Below are positions 58,887 to 64,000 of a stretch of 64,000 nt of DNA, one piece after another (positions within the stretch are counted from its first letter, which is position 1; every line of letters begins with the position of its first letter). The notes under the pieces are model-generated. The model was not told the DNA's origin, made no database searches, and saw only the letters and a program-made list of their open reading frames with translations. The stretch is taken from NCBI GenBank assembly GCA_038204425.1, contig JBBRCZ010000011.1:1-64000 (forward strand), read 5' to 3'. The translations under genes and the position numbers were made by a program. The stretch comes from Spirochaetia bacterium (GTDB taxonomy: Bacteria; Spirochaetota; Spirochaetia; DSM-27196; Salinispiraceae).

Positions 58887-59515
58887 TTATGAGATACAAA
58901 ATCCGCCTTTGTGTTTCGAATGGTACAATGCCTGATCAGCTGCATTAAGTAGCTGTGCTATGGTTTTGATTTTGTCGCTAACTTGGCTTAAGCCGATGCT
59001 CAGGGAACCATTCCAATATTCTGTTCCTGTTTCTAAACATAGGGGCGTGGCTTGTGAAAGCACCTTTGCGCCTAGTTTTAAAGCGCCGTCTTTATTGGTA
59101 TGTGGGCAGATAGCTAGAAATTCATTTCCTCCGAGTCGACAAACAATATCACTTTCTCGGACCGAACTTTGCAGTCGGGAAGCGAGTGTTTGCAATAGTA
59201 TATCGCCTTGACCATGTCCAAAATTGTCGTTTACTAGCTTAAAATGATCCGCATCGATTAACAAAATAGAAAAAATACTTTTATAACGATTATTGGTGCT
59301 CAAGAATTGATTTAATTTTTGCATCGCAAATCGACGGTTGGGCAATAAAGTCAATTCGTCATGGTTAGAGAGCGTTTTTAACTTTTAATTTGCATGGAGT
59401 TCAGTCTCGTTAGCGGCTGCGGTGCTTAGTCCTTTTTCTTAATGGCTTCTATTTGTCGAGCAAGGCTGTTATCGACTTTTAAGACATGAAAAGCGAGCCA
59501 TCTAACTAAAAAATT
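58887..59515 (-). pseudogene. Hemerythrin-GGDEF diguanylate cyclase remnant
   Basis: GGDEF part DELTLLPNRR, IDADHFK.VND.FGH..GD, RLGGNEF; upstream disrupted FLVRWLAFHVLKVDNSLARQIEAIK (hemerythrin last helix); no intact start. Confidence 0.75.
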
Positions 59516-59570
59516 TGCTTTCAATGTAAAAAGATTTAACAATCGTAGTCTTCTCTAGCTCATAACATAA

Positions 59571-60152
59571 TTAGAGCAGTGCTAAGATTTCGTCCTTAAT
59601 GCCACTTAGGGCTTCTTGGTATTGTTGAACTAGTTTTTCCATGTTCATTGTCAGAAATTTGGCTGTTTCTGGGTCAGTTTCTATGGTGAGTTGGACGCGG
59701 CGGCCAGTTTGTTGAAACATCTGGTCTTCTTTTTGTCGTAGGGCAGGTTCGGCTTGTTTTTGTATTGCTGCTATAAGTTGCTCGCGTTGCGCAAAATACT
59801 GGGCAAAAAACTTTTCTAGTTCGTCCATAAAGGTGGTCATTTCTGCTTGGTCTTTGGACAGGGCGATAAAGGCGGTCTTGTTTTTTGCCAGCCGCGTCAG
59901 TGCACTTTCGTTGCTGGGTAGGTTGAGGCAGGAAGACAAAACTTGCATTAGGCCGCCTTTGACCCAGTCCAAGTGTTTGCCTGTATATGCGCCAAGTTCC
60001 TTGGCAAGATCAAGATCGTCTTCGTTGTCAATCTTGGCGGCCAGCTTCATGCCCTTTTGGTGAAACTCACGTGCTTCTAAGCCTTCGTGGTCAACTTCTA
60101 TATCTTTGGTTCTTTCTAATGCCAGTTCTAACGCGCTTTTTATAAGGGCCAT
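59571..60152 (-). CDS. Conserved hypothetical helical protein (DUF6657-like)
   Basis: ATG 60152 with GAGGAGAGG RBS; MALIKSALELALERT N-terminus; family name from memory. Confidence 0.7.
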   Translation of the reverse strand: MALIKSALELALERTKDIEVDHEGLEAREFHQKGMKLAAKIDNEDDLDLAKELGAYTGKHLDWVKGGLMQVLSSCLNLPSNESALTRLAKNKTAFIALSKDQAEMTTFMDELEKFFAQYFAQREQLIAAIQKQAEPALRQKEDQMFQQTGRRVQLTIETDPETAKFLTMNMEKLVQQYQEALSGIKDEILALL

Positions 60153-60254
60153 TTTTGACCTCTCCTCATCTCGGGTAGTTTTATTGTTGTGGGACCGAGC
60201 TTTCTGCAAAATTCCTTTGATAAAATAACACAATTAGCAACTTGTGACCATTCA

Positions 60255-60893
60255 CTATAAGTCAAATAACGGCGCGAGTGAAAATTGGGTTGGCGCCCGT
60301 GGCGCGCTCAAAAAACGAGTGGTGGTCAGTACGGCGTCCATTCTTTGGTCGTGTAGCTCATGCGGCAAGGTGCTGACTAGTTGGCAGTCAAAGCATAGGC
60401 CCAGTCTGAGTGCTTGCGGCACTCGCGCAAGGCTTTGGTCGTAGTAGCCCTTGCCGCGACCGAGACGGTGGAGCTGGCTGTCAAATCCGCGGCCTGGAAC
60501 AAGCACCAGCAAGCCTTGGCCAAGTTGGTTTAGCTGATCGTCGCTAAGTGTTGGCAGTTGGGCCGAGGCCTGCTGCACACCGAGCGTTGAGTGTTTAACC
60601 GTGGACGAATGAGCGCCATCCCAATTGCAGAAGCGCAAAATTGGCCCCTCTTGACGCGGTAGCAAGAGCCGATGCGAGCAGGTCAAAATAAAAGGCTTAA
60701 TGTCAGGTTCGTCCTGCAAAGAAATAAATACGCAGATGGCTTTGATTGCCGGTACATGAGTCATAAGTTTTTGCAATCGCTGGTTCAAAAGAGCTGATTG
60801 GCTAGCTTTTTGGGCCTGTCCAAGCTCGTTTACAAGCCTGTTGAGACTTAAGCGGGCGTTTTCTTTGTTGGCAAATTGACTGGTTGGCAGCAT
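60255..60893 (-). CDS. 5-formyltetrahydrofolate cyclo-ligase
   Basis: DEPD, LVPGRGFD..LHRLGRGKGYYD, LPHELHDQRMD. Confidence 0.9.
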   Translation of the reverse strand: MLPTSQFANKENARLSLNRLVNELGQAQKASQSALLNQRLQKLMTHVPAIKAICVFISLQDEPDIKPFILTCSHRLLLPRQEGPILRFCNWDGAHSSTVKHSTLGVQQASAQLPTLSDDQLNQLGQGLLVLVPGRGFDSQLHRLGRGKGYYDQSLARVPQALRLGLCFDCQLVSTLPHELHDQRMDAVLTTTRFLSAPRAPTQFSLAPLFDL

Positions 60894-60901
60894 GGCGCTT
60901 G

Positions 60902-61564
60902 TTACTTTTGAAAAATGAGCAGGGTTGACCATTCGGTGTCTATGCTCTCAATCAAATGCAGCCCGGCGGACTCGGCGTCTTGCTGCACCTTGTGCAGGGA
61001 ATGGTCGTAGTGTTCTATGATAAACTTTTTGCCGCCGGTTGCGAGTATGGGGGCCTTGCGCTGCGGGATGTGGTTAAACAGGACTTTGCCGCCAGCTTTG
61101 AGCCACTTAAAGCAGTGTTCAAAAAACTGAACGGGCTCAGCCAAGTGGACCAAGACAAAGAAGGCAAAGAACAAGTCGTAGCCTCGTGCGAGGCCGTCGC
61201 TTGGCTTGATTATTAGCTTTGATTGAGCAAAGTCGGCTTGGCGAAATTTGATGTAGTTTTGGCATTTATGGGCGGCTATTTTGAGCATGGCCGGGCTAAG
61301 GTCCCAACCTTCTAAGCGCAGGCTGCCATCTTTGAGCTGTGGGTTGTAGCTTGCCAGCAAGCGTGCGAGCACGCGGCCGTCGCCGCAGCCGAGGTCGGCT
61401 ACAAAACTTGCTTGCTCTGGGCCGTTTTGTTCTAATAGTTCGTCAATAAGCTGGCTCAGCTTGGAGTTGGTTTCTTCCCAATCGAAGCTGTCGAGGTTGG
61501 CGTGGTCTTTATAGTAGTGGGCAGCGTAGGCTTGGTAGCCTTCCAGGGCGTCGAGGTATTTCAT
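60902..61564 (-). CDS. Class I SAM-dependent methyltransferase
   Basis: VADLGCGDG, DLSPAML, FVLVHL, LKAGG. Confidence 0.88.
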   Translation of the reverse strand: MKYLDALEGYQAYAAHYYKDHANLDSFDWEETNSKLSQLIDELLEQNGPEQASFVADLGCGDGRVLARLLASYNPQLKDGSLRLEGWDLSPAMLKIAAHKCQNYIKFRQADFAQSKLIIKPSDGLARGYDLFFAFFVLVHLAEPVQFFEHCFKWLKAGGKVLFNHIPQRKAPILATGGKKFIIEHYDHSLHKVQQDAESAGLHLIESIDTEWSTLLIFQK

Positions 61565-62415
61565 GGGGCAATAGTGGTGCTTGTTGGGGAAACTTGCAAG
61601 CTGGTGCTGGTACTTATGCTGGTGCTTGTGCTTGGTTTTTGGCGCTGCACAACGGCTCGATATCGTGCCGACATGTCGCCACTGCGCGTAAAGGTTTTGA
61701 CATTGTAGCGCAATGGGCTAGTTATAATGACCGCCAAACGCAGGCGTTGGTCATGGCTGAGGTTCTTAAAGTTGGTTTGGTAGTGAAAGCGAGCTGCTTC
61801 GCCGAGGCCAAAAACGCCTCTGCCAAATTCGATATAGTTTAGGTAGAGTTCCAAAATCCGCTTTTTGCCGAGTATTGCTTCCATAATGAGAGTGGCCTCG
61901 GCCTCCATGGCCTTGCGGATCCAGTTTTTGTCCGGGCTCAAAAAGAGGTTGCGGGCAATTTGCATGCTGATGGTCGAACCGCCAAAAACCGTGCGGCCGA
62001 TGCGACTGTTGCGTTCCATGGCTTCGCGGATGGCACCCAAGCTAATGCCGCCATGCTGGTAGAACTGGTGGTCTTCTAGTCTCAAAAAGGCTCGTTGAAC
62101 CGAGGAGGGTATTGATTTAAGTGGAACAAAACGAACCGATCTAATGCTGTGTCCGTCGCTAAGGTGGCGGTAGGCCATGTAGGATGTAGCGGCTGGGTTG
62201 AGATGGATAAAGACTAGACTGCATAGCGCTACTATGCCTATCCATGCCGCTTGCAAAAAAGCCGCGATTTTAAACAGAGCAACTACAAGCTTGACCCATG
62301 GACGGCGCGTACTGGGGCGAGTGCTGGGCTTGAGCAGACGACGGCAGGCAACTTGAAGTCGGTTGACTAGGGCTGGATCGCTAAAGTAGGTACTGGGAAT
62401 AAAAGTTGCTTGCAT
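61561..62415 (-). CDS. mtgA: Monofunctional peptidoglycan glycosyltransferase (GT51)
   Basis: LEDHQFYQHGG, GGSTISMQIARNLFL, RKAMEA, KKRILELYLN.IEFG, AARFHY; Ser/Thr tail. Confidence 0.9.
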   Translation of the reverse strand: MQATFIPSTYFSDPALVNRLQVACRRLLKPSTRPSTRRPWVKLVVALFKIAAFLQAAWIGIVALCSLVFIHLNPAATSYMAYRHLSDGHSIRSVRFVPLKSIPSSVQRAFLRLEDHQFYQHGGISLGAIREAMERNSRIGRTVFGGSTISMQIARNLFLSPDKNWIRKAMEAEATLIMEAILGKKRILELYLNYIEFGRGVFGLGEAARFHYQTNFKNLSHDQRLRLAVIITSPLRYNVKTFTRSGDMSARYRAVVQRQKPSTSTSISTSTSLQVSPTSTTIAP

Positions 62416-62527
62416 TGCTCACTTTTGTAACAGCTACGAGCTTTGTTGGCAACCGGCAGAGGAATTGTTGCAAATAGGTTTTTGCCGGTGACACGTTGCC
62501 CAATTGCTCATTAGAATGAAGTTTATG

Positions 62528-63358
62528 ATACCAAACCTTACGTCTGACGATCAACGCCTGCTTGCTTGCGCCTTTGAAGCTGCCGAGGCGGCCTACGCTA
62601 TAATTTCTGCAAAAATTGGCACTACTTTTGAAAGACAAGAGAAGGGTCAGGCTAACTTTGTCACCGAAGTCGATAGGGCCTGTGAAACTGCCATCCGATC
62701 AGTTTTGGTAGCGCGCTACCCTGACGATGGGTTTGTCGGCGAGGAAGCACAACACGATAGTTTGGGCATTAACAGTCGCCACTGGATCGTCGATCCGATT
62801 GATGGCACTACCAATTTTATTAAGGGTATACCTTGGTATTCGGTTTCCATTGCTTTATATGACAGTGATGGTCCTTTGCTTGGTTTGGTGATGGATGCCG
62901 CCCACCACGAGTTCTACTACGCTCTGTCTGGCCAAGGTGCTTGGCACCACAAAGATGGGCTTGTTCCGCATCGTCTGAGCGTAAGTCCTGCCAAAACAAT
63001 GGCAGAGTCAGTTTTGGCGACCGGATTTTACTATGATCGTGGCGAACATATGCGTAAGACTCTGGCTCAGATAGAGACTTTCTTTGAAGACGGTATGATC
63101 TGTATGCGACGTTTTGGTTCGGCAGCCTTGGACTTGTGTATGGTGGCTGCAGGCCATGTGGAGGGATTTTGGGAGCACGTGCTCAACCCGTGGGATTTTG
63201 CGGCCGGAATTTTGTTGGTAACTGAAGCTGGTGGCCAGGTTAGTGATTGGCAGGGCAAGCCGATGGGGCTGGTCAAAGGTCCTATCCTGGCCGCTTGCCC
63301 TGCCATTCACCCATTAATTCTTAGACGACTTGGGACAAACACGTCGCCAGCAGGTTAA
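62528..63358 (+). CDS. suhB: Inositol monophosphatase family protein
   Basis: VTEVD, GEE, WIVDPIDGTTNF, RRFGSAALDL, PWDFAAG; start uncertain (62504-62528). Confidence 0.9.
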   Translation: MPNLTSDDQRLLACAFEAAEAAYAIISAKIGTTFERQEKGQANFVTEVDRACETAIRSVLVARYPDDGFVGEEAQHDSLGINSRHWIVDPIDGTTNFIKGIPWYSVSIALYDSDGPLLGLVMDAAHHEFYYALSGQGAWHHKDGLVPHRLSVSPAKTMAESVLATGFYYDRGEHMRKTLAQIETFFEDGMICMRRFGSAALDLCMVAAGHVEGFWEHVLNPWDFAAGILLVTEAGGQVSDWQGKPMGLVKGPILAACPAIHPLILRRLGTNTSPAG

Positions 63359-63376
63359 CTTTGAGGTACACCAAGC

Positions 63377-64000
63377 ATGTTTAGCCTAGGTATTGATATT
63401 GGATCGACAACTGCCAAAGTGGTGCTTTTGGATGCTTATCACGACGTACTTTTTAGTGAATACGTGCGCCACAACGCCCGCATCCTCGAGTCTCTGGTGC
63501 CGGTTTTGACGCGGCTCTTCCAAGAGCGGGGCAACCTTAAGCTTAGGCTGTCTTTGACGGGCACAGCGGGAATGGGCCTGGCTGAGCGCGCCAAACTACC
63601 TTTTGTTCAAGAAGTGGTGGCAGCTGGCTTGGTGGTGCAAGCGATCTATCCGCAAGTCCGCACCTTAATAGACATAGGTGGAGAAGACGGCAAGATTATC
63701 CTCTTTGATCAAGCAAGTGACGGCAGTGGATTTCTGCGGCCAACAATTCGTATGAACGGCAACTGCGCCGGTGGGACGGGCTCGTTTATTGACCAGATGG
63801 CTGGTTTGCTGGGGCTGGATGTTAGTCAGCTTTCTGATTTGGCAGCTAGCAGTACTCAAAATTATCCTATGGCTAGCCGCTGTGGCGTTTTTGCCAAAAC
63901 GGATGTGCAGACGCTCATGTCGCGTTCGGTGCCTCGGGCCGATATTGTTGCTTCGGTATACCGAGCTGTGGCTTTTCAGACGGTTTCCAGCCTGGCCCAC
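63377..64000 (+). CDS. CoA-substrate-specific enzyme activase (BadF/BcrA-type ATPase; 2-hydroxyacyl-CoA dehydratase activator), partial
   Basis: Not in the ORF track; MFSLGIDIGSTTAK, TGTAG, QEV, DIGGEDGK, RMNGNCAGGTGSFIDQMA, SRCGVFAKTD; runs off the window end. Confidence 0.9.
   Translation, partial: MFSLGIDIGSTTAKVVLLDAYHDVLFSEYVRHNARILESLVPVLTRLFQERGNLKLRLSLTGTAGMGLAERAKLPFVQEVVAAGLVVQAIYPQVRTLIDIGGEDGKIILFDQASDGSGFLRPTIRMNGNCAGGTGSFIDQMAGLLGLDVSQLSDLAASSTQNYPMASRCGVFAKTDVQTLMSRSVPRADIVASVYRAVAFQTVSSLAH

Noticed and set aside
60894..60940. 6S RNA upstream of the 5-formyl-THF cyclo-ligase
   Set aside because: No room: the methyltransferase gene ends 8 bp upstream.
1551..63310. Numerous 60-210 aa ORFs nested in or antisense to assigned genes
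   Set aside because: Shadow frames of well-supported CDSs, without motifs or RBS.
63665..64000. 111-aa minus-strand ORF
   Set aside because: Shadow of the plus-strand activase gene.

Overview
Bacterial chromosomal window, most likely from a free-living spirochaete (inferred from the gene set: GS type III, SAS-TPR, omptin-like barrel, spirochaete-style lipoproteins; not verified). It begins inside a 5S rRNA gene and ends inside a CoA-dehydratase activase gene missed by the ORF track. Positions 1-44.5 kb are mostly housekeeping (prfC, glnA-III, ppiC, murC, yicC, cmk, rlpA, yajC-secD-secF, glgX, corA, GH1). Positions 44.6-59.5 kb form an accessory patchwork: three tandem paralogous lipoproteins, a collapsed cadherin-like/FGE-sulfatase pseudogene, a CHASE3 hybrid kinase-CheR-REC cassette lacking CheB, metE, a cobalamin riboswitch and a hemerythrin-GGDEF pseudogene. 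I saw no CRISPR array, transposase, integrase or tRNA. Best candidates for undescribed biology: (1) a corA leader with a 20-aa Pro-Pro uORF whose Pro-Pro codons can switch between two repeated G-rich boxes, one inside an RBS-occluding hairpin; (2) a 52-aa stand-alone MshEN-like (c-di-GMP-binding) microprotein translationally coupled to a RavA/ViaA-like pair; (3) a cobalamin riboswitch pointing away from metE, whose own promoter is covered by a 34-bp palindrome; (4) a lipoprotein array with perfect-identity patches; (5) SecF with a duplicated 90-aa periplasmic domain. All calls come from reading motifs by eye; no searches or folding programs were run.
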